64,000 nucleotides of DNA from Dictyostelium discoideum (GCA_000004695.1 CM000155.2:1888001-1952000), one strand, 5' to 3'. Shown: positions 1-13,579, counted from the stretch's first letter. Notes: generated from the sequence alone by a model not told the origin. A program made the numbers and translations.

Positions 1-190
1 TTACATTTTTATTTTTATTTTTTATAACTATTTATTATTATTATTACTATTACTATTACTATTACTATTACTATTGTTATTTTTATTAACTTTCTCTACT
101 ATATATATATTTATTAAAAGAAAATAATATATTTATAATAAATTATTTTTACATGAATATATTATTATTTTTTTTTTTTTTTTTTTTAAA

Positions 191-1510
<1,320 letters not shown>

Positions 1511-1701
1511 TATAACTAATTTAGTATATGGTGCTTGTTATTACAAAAATAAAGAAAAAAAAAAAATAAAAAAAAAAAAAAAATGAAAAATGAAAAATAA
1601 TTAAATGTAACCTATTGTAAATTATTATAATAGATTTCTTGTAATGTGATGTAAATTCTAAAAAAAAAAATAAAAAAAAAATAAATTAAAAAAAAAAAGG
1701 A

Positions 1702-1743
<42 letters not shown>

Positions 1744-1949
1744 TTATTGTCAAAAAATAAATTAAATTTGTTTTTTTTTTTTTCAAATAAAAAGCGAAAC
1801 CACTAAAAAAATCCAATTTTTTTTTTTTATACTGTATTTTATTTTATTTTATTTTTTTTGTATACACCACAAAACCCATTTTATTATATTTTATTTTATT
1901 TTATATATATATAAAAAAAATATTTATATTAAAGAATAAAAAAAAAAAA

Positions 1950-3165
1950 ATGTCAGTTTCATTACAATCAGCATTAGAATTAGTTCAAAAAGCTGTTAAT
2001 TTAGATAATAATGGTAAAGCTCAAGAAGCAATTTCAATGTATTCAATTGCAATTGATCATTTAAGACAAGTTTGCAATAGTAATATAGATCAATCCACAA
2101 AGAATTTAATTGATTCAAAAATTTTAGAATATCAAAATAGGTCAAATTTTTTAAAATCTTCTGCACATTTAGATTTTAATAATAATAATAATATTTCAAA
2201 TAGTAACAGTAATATTACATTTAGTAATAATAATAATTCTTCACCTCCACCATTTTTAAATAGTAGTAGTGGTATAAATAATAACTTAAATACTAGTGGT
2301 ACAAATTTAGTTGAAGAAGCATTAAAATATGCAAATGAAGCAGTTTCGTGTGAATCAAAAAATAATTTTCAAAATGCAATTATATATTATAGAAAATGTT
2401 CAGAATTATTAGAACAAGCATCAAAAAGTAAAATATTATTAATATTATTAAATTATAATTAATTAAATTTATTTATTAATAATTATTTAATTGAAAAAAA
2501 AAAATAAAAAAAAAAAAAAAAAAAAAAAAAAAATAGATGAAAATGATATTGAAACTAGATTATTTTTAAATCAAAAGAAACAAGAATATCAATCAAGAGC
2601 TGATACATTAGAAAAACAAAATCCACAATTAAGTAATAGTACAGGTAATTTTAATAATAATAATAATTTTTCAACTACATCATTATCAACATCAACATCA
2701 ACAGGATTTTCAAAAAATAATTTACCATTTCCACAAGCAGAAGAAGAATATTCAATAATGAGTCAAATTCAATTATCAAATAGTACAAGTGAATTAATTG
2801 ATTTAGCAATTGATTGTGTTAAAGAGGCAATTAAAGAGGATGATCATTTAAATTATGAAAAAGCAATTCACTATTATGATTTATCAGTAAACTATTTTCA
2901 AACAGCTTTAACTGGTGGTGGTGAAAATAACCCACAAATTAGACAATTAATTACAGAAAAAATGATAAATTCAAAATCAAGATCACAATTTTTAAAAAAT
3001 AAAATTCAATATAAACAAAATTTAATAAATAATGAATATGATTCAATACCACTCTCCTTAAGACCTGGTCAAAAATATAAAGATCCAGTTAGAAAGAAAA
3101 CTGTTTTAGAACGTTTATCAAAAACAATTAAAGGTCCAAAAAATATTTCTGATCATTGGTTATAA
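1950..3165 (+). CDS. MIT-domain protein (two MIT-like domains); exons 1950..2427 and 2537..3165
   Basis: ORF1 N-terminus ALELVQKAVNLDNNGKAQEAISMYSIAIDHL and ORF2 ELIDLAIDCVKEAIKEDDHLNYEKAIHYYDLSVNYF both match the MIT (Vps4-like) three-helix motif. Donor a|GTAAAAT at 2428 and acceptor atag| at 2536 join the two ORFs in frame (phase 1). Confidence 0.6.
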
Positions 3166-3183
3166 TAAATAGTAATAATAATA

Positions 3184-3221
<38 letters not shown>

Positions 3222-3262
3222 ATAATATTATTTATTTTATTTTATTTTATTTTATTTTATTT

Positions 3263-4228
3263 TTAATTTGAATTTTTAAAATTTTTATTTAAAAAATCAT
3301 AAACAACAGAGAAATCTTTTTGACCATCACCTTTTGCAACTAAGAGAGTATAGAGTTGATGAGCAGAATTACCAAGTAAGAGTGGTTCACCAATTGATTT
3401 AGCAGAGTCAACAGCGAGACCTAAATCTTTAGTCATGAGGGCAGAACCAAAACCACCAGTGTAACCTCTTGAAGCTGGTGAAGTTTCAATTACACCTGGA
3501 CATGGGTTATATAATTCAGAAGTCCAACAACGTGCTGAAGAGGTGTTGAAAATACCTGCTAATTTCTTTGGATCCATACCTTGTTTAACACCTAAGTTCA
3601 TGGCTTCACTCACTGCAATCATTGAGATACCCAAAACTAAATTATTACAAACCTTGGCGACTTGACCAGTACCAACGTCACCGCAATGTACTATGTTTTT
3701 ACCCATGCATTCCAAGTATGTTTTGGCAGTGTTGAAATCTTGTTCGCTACCACCTACCATGAATGTTAATGTGCCAGCCTCAGCACCGCCAGTGCCACCG
3801 CTAACTGGGCAATCCAACATTGTAGATTGATGTTTCTTGGCAATTGATGCTACTTCACGAGCAGTTGCAGGATCGATTGTTGATGAATCTAATAATAATG
3901 TACCTGGTCTAACAGTTTGAAAAATACCATTCTCACCACAATAAACATTCTTTACATGTGCTGATGCTGGTAACATGGTAACGATAACATCGGCTTCTTT
4001 TGCAACCTCTGCTGGTGAATTGGCAATTTTAGCTCCTTTTTCTTTTAATCTATTCATATTATCTTTTGACATATCAAATACAATTAAATTATGACCTTTC
4101 TTTATTAAATTGATTGCTTGATGTCCACCCATATTACCTAATCCAATAAATCCAACTGTTTTTGAAGATGATGTTGACATATATCTAACATTTTTAAATA
4201 ATAATAAACTCTTTTTTGATGAAAACAT
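3263..4228 (-). CDS. hibA: 3-hydroxyisobutyrate dehydrogenase, mitochondrial (NAD-binding 6-PGDH-like fold)
   Basis: GFIGLGNMGGHQAINLIKKGHNLIVFD Rossmann motif and full-length similarity to HIBADH. The ORF-track start at 4273 is a TTG. The first ATG is at 4228 (aaagaaagaaaaATGTTTTCA), followed by a presequence-like MFSSKKSLLLFKNVRYMSTSSS. Gene symbol is recalled from dictyBase naming and is uncertain. Confidence 0.85.
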   Translation of the reverse strand: MFSSKKSLLLFKNVRYMSTSSSKTVGFIGLGNMGGHQAINLIKKGHNLIVFDMSKDNMNRLKEKGAKIANSPAEVAKEADVIVTMLPASAHVKNVYCGENGIFQTVRPGTLLLDSSTIDPATAREVASIAKKHQSTMLDCPVSGGTGGAEAGTLTFMVGGSEQDFNTAKTYLECMGKNIVHCGDVGTGQVAKVCNNLVLGISMIAVSEAMNLGVKQGMDPKKLAGIFNTSSARCWTSELYNPCPGVIETSPASRGYTGGFGSALMTKDLGLAVDSAKSIGEPLLLGNSAHQLYTLLVAKGDGQKDFSVVYDFLNKNFKNSN

Positions 4229-4824
4229 TTTTCTTTCTTTTTTATAAAATATAATAAAAATATCACAAAACAATTAAAAAAAAAAGATCAAAAAAAAAAA
4301 AAAAAAAAAAAGCGAAAAAAAAAAAAGAACTGTTTTAAAAAAAAAAAAAAAAAAAAAATCTGTTTTAAAAAAAAAATAAAAAAAAAATAAAAAAAAAATT
4401 AATATTTTTTTTTGAAATTTCATCAACATATATTAAATTAATTTTTTTTTTTTTTTATACTCATAATTCTCAATCAAGGTCATTGCATTTTCCACTTTAT
4501 TTACAAGTTTATGATCTAATGGATTTAATAAATAATGAAAAACAAAGTATTGAAAAAAGAGGAGGGTAACCATATGGTTAGAAGGAAGTGGTACTTTTTT
4601 TTTACAATAAACCAACTTTACAATCTTCGAACCATAATAATAGTGGAACAAATAAAACAAATTTAAAAAAAAAGAATTACACATTACAAATATTAATTTT
4701 GATTTATATTACAAGGTTTTTTTTTTTTTTTTTTTTATTAATTAAATAAAAAATTTTTTTTTTTTTTTTTTTTTTTTTTAAATGTATATAAATATATAAA
4801 TAAATAAATATATATAAATAAATA

Positions 4825-4854
<30 letters not shown>

Positions 4855-4862
<8 letters not shown>

Positions 4863-7396
4863 ATCCAACATTTCTATTTCTTCTTGCTCTATTTTTTCTA
4901 TGTTTATGAATTTTAACACAAAGTAAAACTGCACCACCAATTAATAATAAAGGAGCACCAACAGTAAAAGCAGCAGTGTAGAGAGTAATTTTTTTAGCCA
5001 TTTTTAATTTTCTATGTCTTCTACGTGGTGGTGGTGGAGTATAAGTATCAGGAACGAATGGTGAATAATATTGACGATCAAAACATTCGGGATATTCATT
5101 TGAACTATAGTGGCCACTTTGATAGGGGTTCATACATAACCAACAGAATTGATGTTGACAATTGATACAGGTCATATGATTACAACCATCATGTTTCTCG
5201 ATATGAGATTTACAAGTTGGACATGGTTTAACGAAATGTTTATTACTCTCGAGGAAATCAATATAAGCGGTGGCAGCCGATTCTATGGATTTATTCTTTC
5301 TTCCTTGCAACTCCATTGCCTCAGTACCACATTTTGCACCCTCATGAGAATATTCACCACATATCCAACAGAAATCATTTGAACATTTTGGACAATTTAA
5401 TATTGGATTCCTTTCACTACCACCACGAACTGGTGTATCACAATCTGGAGTTGGACACCATTTGATTGGTTCCGTTTTTAATGAGGCAATCATTGAGAAC
5501 TTTTGATACTTTAACCAATTCTTTTCGTTGGTTAACATGTAGATTTCACTCTCTTTGATCTCTTTTTTACATTGTGGATGAGGACATGAGATATCCAATA
5601 CTCTACCCTCGGTAATTAGTATTCTAAGATGCTCTGTGATACAATCGAAACAATAAACATGATCACATTCCAATGTGAAAACTTCATTCGATTGATCATA
5701 TTCCATATAACAAATTTTACATTCAACTGGTTCCTCCAATTTAGTTGATACCTTTTTTCTATCTTCCATCTCTTTCTTTAATTTAATATATTGTCTTAAT
5801 ACTTTTTTCTCAATTCCAAAGCTTTCAACAATAACTTCACCTTCTGATCCAGATGATGATTCAGAATCTGATTCTTCGCCTTCTTCCTCCTCTTCCTCTT
5901 CCTCCTCCTCCTCAGAGTCATCATATTCAAATACTAATTCAGCATCACCATTAACTGGTTTTAAAAAACTTTGTTTTATTCTTGATGGAGTTCTACCGAA
6001 ATTAATAATCTCTTCATGTAATTGTTGTTTTGTAAATGATTTTTGGACTGTTGGTAATGAATATCTATTACATAATCTTTTTGAATGTCCTGAATATCCA
6101 ATAATTATTTCTGTTGTCATTGGTGATGGTGGTCCATTATTTTTTTTTATAGTTTGTTTAATATTTTCAATTTCAGAATCTGATGAATCAGAATCTGATG
6201 ATTCGTCGTCGTCGTTATTATTTACAGATTTTGGTGATGTTGTAGTTGTTGTAGTGGTTGTTGTGGTTGTAGTTGTTGTTGTTGTATTTGGTAAATGTGC
6301 AGATGATAATCTAAGTGATGGTGTAGAAATATGTTTTCTTTGACATTTTCCTAATTCATATGATTCCGCTAATTGATTTTCAGGTTCTGATTCAGATTCT
6401 GAATTAATTCTTGATCTTATTTTTAATGGTATACCATTCTTTGTGAATGACATTGATTTTGTTTTTAATTTTAAATTATTATTATTATTACTATTATTAT
6501 TATTATTACTATTATTATTATTATTATTATTATTTTCTTCTTCTTCGGATGAAATATCAGTTTCTGATTCTTCTTCTGATTCAATTTCAAAACGTTTATT
6601 ATTATTATTGTTATTATTATTGTTGTTGTTTCTATTTACAGTTTTATTAGTTCTACCAGCAGCTGTAGTTGTTGTTGTAGTTGTGGTTGTTGTAGAGGTT
6701 GTTGAGGTTTTATTTACACCATTTACACTATTAAGAAATGTATTAATTGTAAATGGTTCAAAATTATGACTTGGAGTTGGAGTTCTACCATTTATTGGGG
6801 TTGGATTTGCTCTTGGTACATTTGGTAAGTATGAAATTGTTGCAGCTCTTGAACGTCTGGACCCAATTACAATATCATCATCTGAAGAAGATATTGATTC
6901 ATCATCATCCTCTGATGATGTATCAATTGTTCTATTTGCTCCATTTGCATTATTATTATTATTATTATTATTATTTCTATTTCTTCTTGTATTATTATTA
7001 TTTGCTGTTGTTGTTGTTGTTGTTGTTGTTGTTGTAATTTGATTTTTTGATTTCTTTCTTTTTAATAATGAAGAAAGTGAATTTTTAGTTGATAAAATTA
7101 AATTTGGTTTTGACTTTTTTAAGAATTCTCTTGGTTGAATTATATCGTAATCGCTATCGGAGGATGATTCTAAAACATTGGTTGTATTATTATTATTATT
7201 ATTGGTGGTAGGTGGTAATGTGAAATTTAATTCTTCATCCTCTCCACTCATAATCTTTATTGTTGTTAATATATCATCAATACGATCTAATAATCCCAAG
7301 AAATGACTTAACTTTTCTTCATGGGTTATATAATTATCAATTAATACTAGAATTCTAGATCTAGTTTTTTCTAATCTAATTTTATATTGTATTAAT
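4855..7396 (-). CDS. RBR (RING1-IBR-RING2) E3 ubiquitin-protein ligase with C-terminal transmembrane anchor; main coding exon
   Basis: CKICYMEY...CDHVYCFDC (RING1), CPTPDCDTPV...CPKCSNDFCWIC (IBR) and CPTCKSHIEKHDGCNHMTCINCQHQFCWLC (RING2 with catalytic Cys), then a hydrophobic helix AAFTVGAPLLLIGGAVLLCV. The N-terminal half is low-complexity (poly-N/T/E). The ORF-track start at 7299 is TTG, and the frame stays open up to an AG acceptor at 7397/7398. Translation starts either at the ATG at 7251 (MSGEDEE) or in upstream exons (next feature). Confidence 0.8.
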
Positions 7397-7659
7397 CTTT
7401 TTTTTTTTTTTTAAAAAAAAAAATAATAATAATAATAATAAAAAAATAATAAAATTAGTTCATCAAATCTATTAATTTTAAATTAATAATAAATAAAAAA
7501 AAATAAAAAATAAAAAAATAAAAGAAATACCACACACACTCGCTTTCTCTTTTTTTTATCCTCTCTTTAAATTTTTATGGTGGAGTAAAAAAAAAAATAG
7601 AGAGAGAAAAAAAAAAATAATAAAATACAAAATTTAATAGTTTTTTTTTTTTTTTTTAC

Positions 7660-7965
7660 CTACTTGGTATTTTGAGATTTTGATAATTTTTGAGTGCAAT
7701 GAATATCGGGTGCTGATGGTGTGAACATTAATTGGACCAATGAATTTAATTCATCTATATTTTTCTCAACAAATGGTGTAACTTTTGAAACTGTTAAGTC
7801 ATCAACTTGTTGTTCCTAAATATTATTATTATTTGGTGATCATTAATTTTTTATTTTTTTTTATTTTTTTTTTTATTTTTTTTTTTCCTATTTTTATTTT
7901 TTTTTTTTAATTTTTTATTTTATTTTTATGTGTAATATATTTCTTACCAATTCTACACTTGCCAT
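7660..7965 (-). CDS. two short upstream exons (7948..7965 MASVEL|GTAAGA; 7660..7815 EQQVDDLTVSKVTPFVEKNIDELNSLVQLMFTPSAPDIHCTQKLSKSQNTK). Either 5' exons of the RBR ligase or a separate 57-aa protein
   Basis: Textbook Dictyostelium first exon: A-rich leader, ATG, six codons, GTAAGA donor, a 132-nt AT-rich intron ending tttag|, then a 51-codon open exon. That exon ends either at its TAG (7660..7662) or at an overlapping GTAGGT donor (exon end 7664), whose phase matches the acceptor at 7397 of the RBR exon. Not in the ORF track because no ORF there reaches 60 aa. Confidence 0.5.
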
Positions 7966-8378
7966 CCTTTTTTTTTTTTATACTCTAAAATTTATTTTAT
8001 TATTTTTATTTTTTATAATATTGTAGGGGTAAAATAACTGATATGTATATAATAATAAAGTTAATATTTATTTTTTTTTTTTTTTGTCTCTTTTATTTAT
8101 TTTTTTTTTAATTTTATTTTTATTTTTGGTTCTTTTTTTTTTTCAATTGGTTTTTTTTTTTTTTTATGAATACACTACGAAGATGGTTATTGAGTGTGTG
8201 AGTGAGTGAGTGTGTAAGTGTGTTGGTTGGAGAAAAAAAAAAAATAAAAAAAATAAAATTAAATAAAAAAAATAATTCAAAAAATTAAATAAAAAAAATA
8301 AAAATAAAAAAAAGAAACAATAACCAAAAATCTTTTTTTTATCTGATTTCTGTTTTATAAAATCATCATATAATAAAC

Positions 8379-8418
<40 letters not shown>

Positions 8419-9090
8419 GATTGTTTAAATCTAGTGGCTCGGGTTGCGACTGAGAAAAAAATAAAAGAATAAAGATTTTTTAAATAAAAATAAATAACTA
8501 TCAGAAAAAAAATAAAAAAAGTTGGAATAAATATAGATAAAAAAAACACACAAATTGTTTTTCTTTTTTTTTTTATTTTTTTTTGTTTTTTTTTTTTTGG
8601 TGGTTTTTTTTTTATTTTTTTTTTTACATAAAAAAAATTGAGTTTAACCTACCTTAAATTTTAAGTGCAAAAATTATATAAATAACAAGTATATTAATTA
8701 AATATAAATGATGTTATTTATATAAATAAAATATATGTGAATATGTAATATGAACTATAAATAATTATTTTAAAATAAAAAATAAAAAAAAATAAAATAA
8801 AGCAAAAATGATAATAAAAAAAAAAAAAAAAAGTTGTATGGTGTTTAATTAATTTAAAAATAAAAAAAAATAAAAAAAAATAATAAAAAAAAAAATTATA
8901 AAAAAAAAAAAAAATTATTGTTTTTTTTTAGGCTCGCACTATTTCATCGAAAAGATTTTAATGAAAATTTTGAGTTGATATTTTTTATTTTTGATTGATT
9001 CGGCGAATCATCACTAAAAATAAAAAGTAAAACACTGCAAACATTTTAAAATTTTAAATAAAAAAATATTTATTTTATTCATTGTATTTC

Positions 9091-9122
<32 letters not shown>

Positions 9123-9454
9123 ATTTATTTATTAAATTTTAATTTTAATTTATTTTTATTTTTATTTTATTTTATTTATCTTTATTAAAATTTTTTTAAC
9201 CATTTGAGGATTTATTTAATAATCATTATAATATTTTTATTTTTGCTTTTACTAATACTCATATATCCATATATATTTTTATTTTTCTTTTTTTAATTTT
9301 GGTTTTTTTTTTTTTTTTTTTTTTTTTTGGTTTTTTTTTTTTTTTTGAATTTTTAAAAATTTATTTTTTGTTTTTTTTTTTTTTTTTTTTTTTTTATTTT
9401 TTTTTTTATTTTTTATTTATTTTTTAATAATAGTTTGAAGTTTTTTTTATGTAA

Positions 9455-9880
9455 ATGGAGAATCAAAATCAAGAAAACTCTCCAAATGAGGAGATAACAA
9501 CAGAATCACAACAACATACAATCAATACAAATGTTAGTCAAGAGGAATTAGAAAATGAGATTAAAAGAAGTGAAGAATCAATTAAAGTCACAGAAGTAAC
9601 AACAACAGAAGGTCTTAAACCTACAGATACAAGAGAATATATTAATAAAAATGGAATTTGTAGACATAGAGATAATTGTGCAATTTCAACATTAAAAACT
9701 ATTATTAGAGGTTTTGCAATTGGTTATGGTTTAAGAGCTGGTATTGCCCTCTTAACTGGTTTAATTTTAAGAAAATTATATAGAAAGTAATATCAATTAT
9801 ACATAAATACAATCACACACTCACCCACACCTATTCAATATAATATCAGTTTGCAATTGATCTCAATTTATAAATATTAA

Positions 9881-9962
<82 letters not shown>

Positions 9963-10523
9963 TAGTCCAAGAAAATTAATTAATCAATCAATTTTACATA
10001 AAGATCCAATTGGATTTGGATTATTTTTAGGATTTTATACAGGTGGATTTAAAGGAATTAATTGTTTATTAAGAGCAATTAGAGGAAAAGAAGATGGTTT
10101 AAATAGTATTGTTGCAGGTTTTATTGCAGGCTCTGCTATGATGTTTTCAAAGAGTACAGAAATGGCACTTTATTTATTCGCAAGAGCTTTAGAATCACTT
10201 TTTAATGCCGCTGTTAAAAGAGGGTAATAATTAAAAATAGTTTTTATTGGAGGAATATAATAATGTATATAATAATAATATATTATAAATATACTTACTA
10301 TTTTAATTTATTTATTTATAGTTATCTTAAATCATATAAACATGGTGATTCAGTTTTATTCTGTTTATGTACTACAATTTTATTCCATGGTTTCGTTTGG
10401 GAACCAACAGCAGTTCGTCCAAGTTATATGAAATTCATTTCAAAGGTTGCTGGTAAAAATAGAGATATTGGTGCTATCACCTCTGTCATTAGAGATATGT
10501 ACTATCAACAACAAAAAAAATAA
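9455..10523 (+). CDS. TMEM135-like membrane protein (short form); exons 9455..9786, 9966..10223, 10322..10523
   Basis: CRHRDNCAISTLKTIIRGFAIGYGL, GFGLFLGFYTGGFKGINCLLRAIRGKEDGLNSIVAGFIAGSAMMFSKSTEMALYL and VRPSYMKFISK align with the C-terminal half of human TMEM135 (CKHYEDNC...; LGAFLGSFVSIYKG...AIVAGFLAGVSMMFYKST; LRPSYWKF). Introns 9787..9965 (contains an (ATT)n repeat) and 10224..10321, with GTAAT donors and tag| acceptors, keep the frame. Confidence 0.7.
9879..9961. repeat. (ATT)n microsatellite inside intron 1 of the TMEM135-like gene
   Basis: Direct read of the sequence. Confidence 0.95.
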
Positions 10524-10643
10524 ATTATATAAAATTAAAAAATAAATAAAAAAATAAAAAATAAAAACAAAAAGAAAAAGAAAGAAAAGAGAGTAAATGG
10601 CGAATTACTATTATTATTATTATTATAGTTTTTTTATACAATT

Positions 10644-11288
10644 TTAAAGATTTTCAAATATCTTAAAGTTTTTATTTTTTGGTTCTATATTTATATTTAA
10701 AGATCTAATAAAAAAATTTTCATTTAATGATTTCTTTTTACCCAATTCAAATACTGATTTTATAGAATGAAATTGACTAATTGCTTCAAATTTTGCAATG
10801 TTTGGTGTATTTTCATTGTTGGCGCTGTTGTTGTTGTTGGTATCTGGATTTAATTGGATTTCAAATTGACATTTAATGGATTTAATAGTATCAGTTAGGG
10901 GACCATTGATTTCAAATTTGCAATCTTTCAATGACGGTATTTGAAATGGTTGTTGAATAGCTTTTTCAATTTTATCACGATGATTTATAAGTTCTATTAA
11001 AGTAAGTTCATAGAATTTGGTTCTTGCAAGATTTATTCTATAAAAGTCATATACTAAATATCCACAAATTGGTATTACAACCATATTGACATAATGTAAA
11101 ATCTCTGTTGGTATTTGTGTTGCAATCCATGAATAAACCATAATGAATGTTACTCTTTTAGTTTTAAGTAAATTTATTAAAAAATTAGATTTAATTAATC
11201 CATTTGAATAATAATGATTTCTTAATTCTTTATTATTATTATTATTATTATTATCATTATTATTTATATTATCATTATTATTATTTAA

Positions 11289-11366
<78 letters not shown>

Positions 11367-11522
11367 TTGTTGTTTATTTTTAGTTGTTGGTGATTTTGTG
11401 GAATATAGATTTAAATTAAATTTTGATAAGATTGTTTTTTTGGGTAAATTAAAAAAATGACTTGTAAAATTTGAAGAGTAGTTATATGATAATTGATTCC
11501 TTTTTATTAATGTTGAAAACAT
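10644..11522 (-). CDS. hypothetical protein with long poly-Asn tract and one predicted TM segment
   Basis: 292-aa minus-strand ORF starting with ATG. N-terminus S/T/K-rich (possible presequence), N38 tract, hydrophobic segment VTFIMVYSWIATQIPTEILHYVNMVVIPICGYLVY. No recognisable domain. Confidence 0.5.
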
Positions 11523-11843
11523 TCTTATTATTTGTATGTACGTGTGAACATGTAAATGAAATAAAAAAAAAAAAAAAAAAAAATTGAAAATGAAAAAAAA
11601 AAAAAAAAAAAAAAAAAATATGAAAAATGCTTAATTAATTAATTTGGAAAATTAAAATTTAATTAATTAAAATAAATAAATTAAATAAAATAATATGAAC
11701 TCTATAATATTTTTTTTTTTTTTTTCTGAAAAATTTTAAATTTTTTTTTTTTTTTTTTTTTTTTAATTTATTAATTATTTAATTATTTTAAAATATAAAA
11801 TAAAAACAAATAAATTTATTTATTTATTTTATTATTTAATTAT

Positions 11844-12181
11844 TTAATTATTAAATTCAACAGCAACATAATCAAAAGTTAAATCATAAACTGCATTATT
11901 ACCCCATGTAATAAAAGTTAAATCAAAACCTTTTGTAGTAATATTTTCAGATTTACCTTCCCATCTCATTTGACCATTATCAGTATGTGCATCAACTTTT
12001 TTACAACCAATTGATACGATTGGAACAGAAAGGAATTCCACTGGGAATTTAACGTGACGAACAATCGTACGTGAACCAGTACCACTGTTAAGAGATCTAT
12101 CACCAATTGAAACTTCACCAACTTGGACTGATGGATTTGAATAACTTTTAACTGGTAATGCATATAATTCCCAACTATATG

Positions 12182-12222
<41 letters not shown>

Positions 12223-12755
12223 AAATAAATTAGTTTAAGAAATATATATATATATATATTTTTTTTTTATCTCTGTCTCTCTCCTAAATAATTATAAAAA
12301 TTAAATAATTACCGAAGTGAAATATGATTATTATAGGTTTGAGGATGAATGGCAATAGATCTAGCTTTAATTGGTGGATTAAAGTTGATTGTAACAATTG
12401 AATTTCTATCTTTATTGGCATTGATTATTTCACCATTGTTATATTCAACCCAGTTTACATTATCAAGTGTGTATCTTAATTTGTATGAAGTTACCCATTG
12501 ATCATGATCACCACGACCTTGAGTTGAGATTGCAACGAAATGTTTAACAGAATCACTACCGGCAACAATGAATTGATTCTTATCCAAAACTGATGATGAC
12601 CATGATTCACTACCGTCGAATCTACTAGCATCCTTTGAATTTGAAAAATTTAAAATAGAATTCTTTACACCATGATCAGCATTATAATCAGTTGATGATC
12701 TTAAATTTAATAATGCATTAGCAAGACATGAAACAGAACCAGCTGGAACGGACAT
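11844..12755 (-). CDS. dscE: discoidin II-like lectin (discoidin domain + H-type lectin domain); exons 12313..12755 and 11844..12174
   Basis: Exon 1 MSVPAGSVSCLANALLNLRSSTDYN...GRGDHDQWVTSYKLRYTLDNV..ARSIAIHP matches the discoidin (F5/8 C) domain. Exon 2 WELYALPVKSYSNPSVQVGE...FITWGNNAVYDLTFDYVAVEFNN matches the H-type lectin domain of the discoidins. Donor cg|GTAATT at 12312, acceptor atatag| at 12175, phase 2. Total 257 aa, the discoidin II length. It diverges from discoidin I (MSTQGLVQLLANA...). The symbol is from recall. Confidence 0.8.
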
Positions 12756-12865
12756 TTTGTTTTGTTTTGTTTTTTTTTAAAAAGAATTATATAAATAAAT
12801 TAAATACTAATAAAAGATGATTGTTTTGTTTATTGTTTCAATTGACAAAATAATTTTATTAAGTC

Positions 12866-12923
<58 letters not shown>

Positions 12924-13579
12924 AAAATAAATTAAAATAAATTAAAATCTAATTTAATTAAAAAAAAAGTTATTTGTAAACTGAGCATTATTAAAGGTGC
13001 TGTGTTTTGACTGTCTGTTTTTTAACTGATTGATGGGGTGAATTCATTTTTTTTTTTTTTTATGTTCATTGGGCAGTTTAAATTAATGTTGGGGTATAAA
13101 AATAAAAAAAAAAATGAAAAAAATTTTTTTATTTTTTGAAACCTAAAAAAGGGAAAAAAGCGGTTTTTTTTTTATTTTTTCTAAAAAAAATATCCAATGA
13201 GATTAAATTCATTTCTATCTTTTTTTTTTTATTACTTTTTTTTTTTGTTTTTTTTCAAAAATAAAAAATAAAAAATAAAAAATAAAAAATAAAATTTAAA
13301 TAATTATTATAATAATAATAAAAATATAAAACAAAGAATGGAAATAAAAATAAAATAAATAAAAATTAAAGTTTTAGATATAATATGAGTTTTTGGATTG
13401 TGGTAATTTCAATAATTAAATTGTTTTTGATTAAAATCTGGAAAAAAAAAAAAAAAAAAATTTCATTTTTTTATTTTTTATTTTTTTTTTTTTATTTTTA
13501 TTTTTATTTTTTTATTTTTTGAAAATTTTCATTCTATTCATTAATTTTAATTATCTTTTTGTAAGAAATAAAACGAGAA

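Noticed and set aside
3263-4273. ORF-track N-terminal extensions (MFCDIFIIFYKKERK.. here; likewise 14898, 17741, 36136, 33745..34089, 32980..33732, 7299)
   Set aside because: The listed 'M' is a TTG codon, because the ORF caller allows alternative starts. The upstream segments are T-rich or intronic. True starts are the first ATG, or the exons begin at AG acceptors as described in the features.
4433-4940. ORFs 4433..4684 and 4704..4940 (minus strand) made of K/F/Y/I runs
   Set aside because: These are translations of poly-A/poly-T and AT-dinucleotide intergenic DNA, with no complexity or conservation. The same judgement applies to 6443..7037, 13718..14232, 15174..15603, 17963..18148, 30536..30829, 36545..36796, 38423..38749, 43247..43451, 44069..44263, 44748..44990, 45420..45647, 45961..46143, 47337..47842, 48064..48276 and 61940..62224, which are alternate or antisense frames of coding microsatellites.
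8355-8549. ORF 8355..8549 (-) and GT-rich (GTGA)n-like stretch 8188..8232 in the 2-kb spacer upstream of the RBR/TMEM135 genes
   Set aside because: The ORF is an F/I/K-rich low-complexity translation across a K13 run. The GT-rich simple sequence and the two GGCTCG-containing words (8435, 8931) show no coding potential or recognisable RNA motif. This is probably ordinary intergenic DNA.
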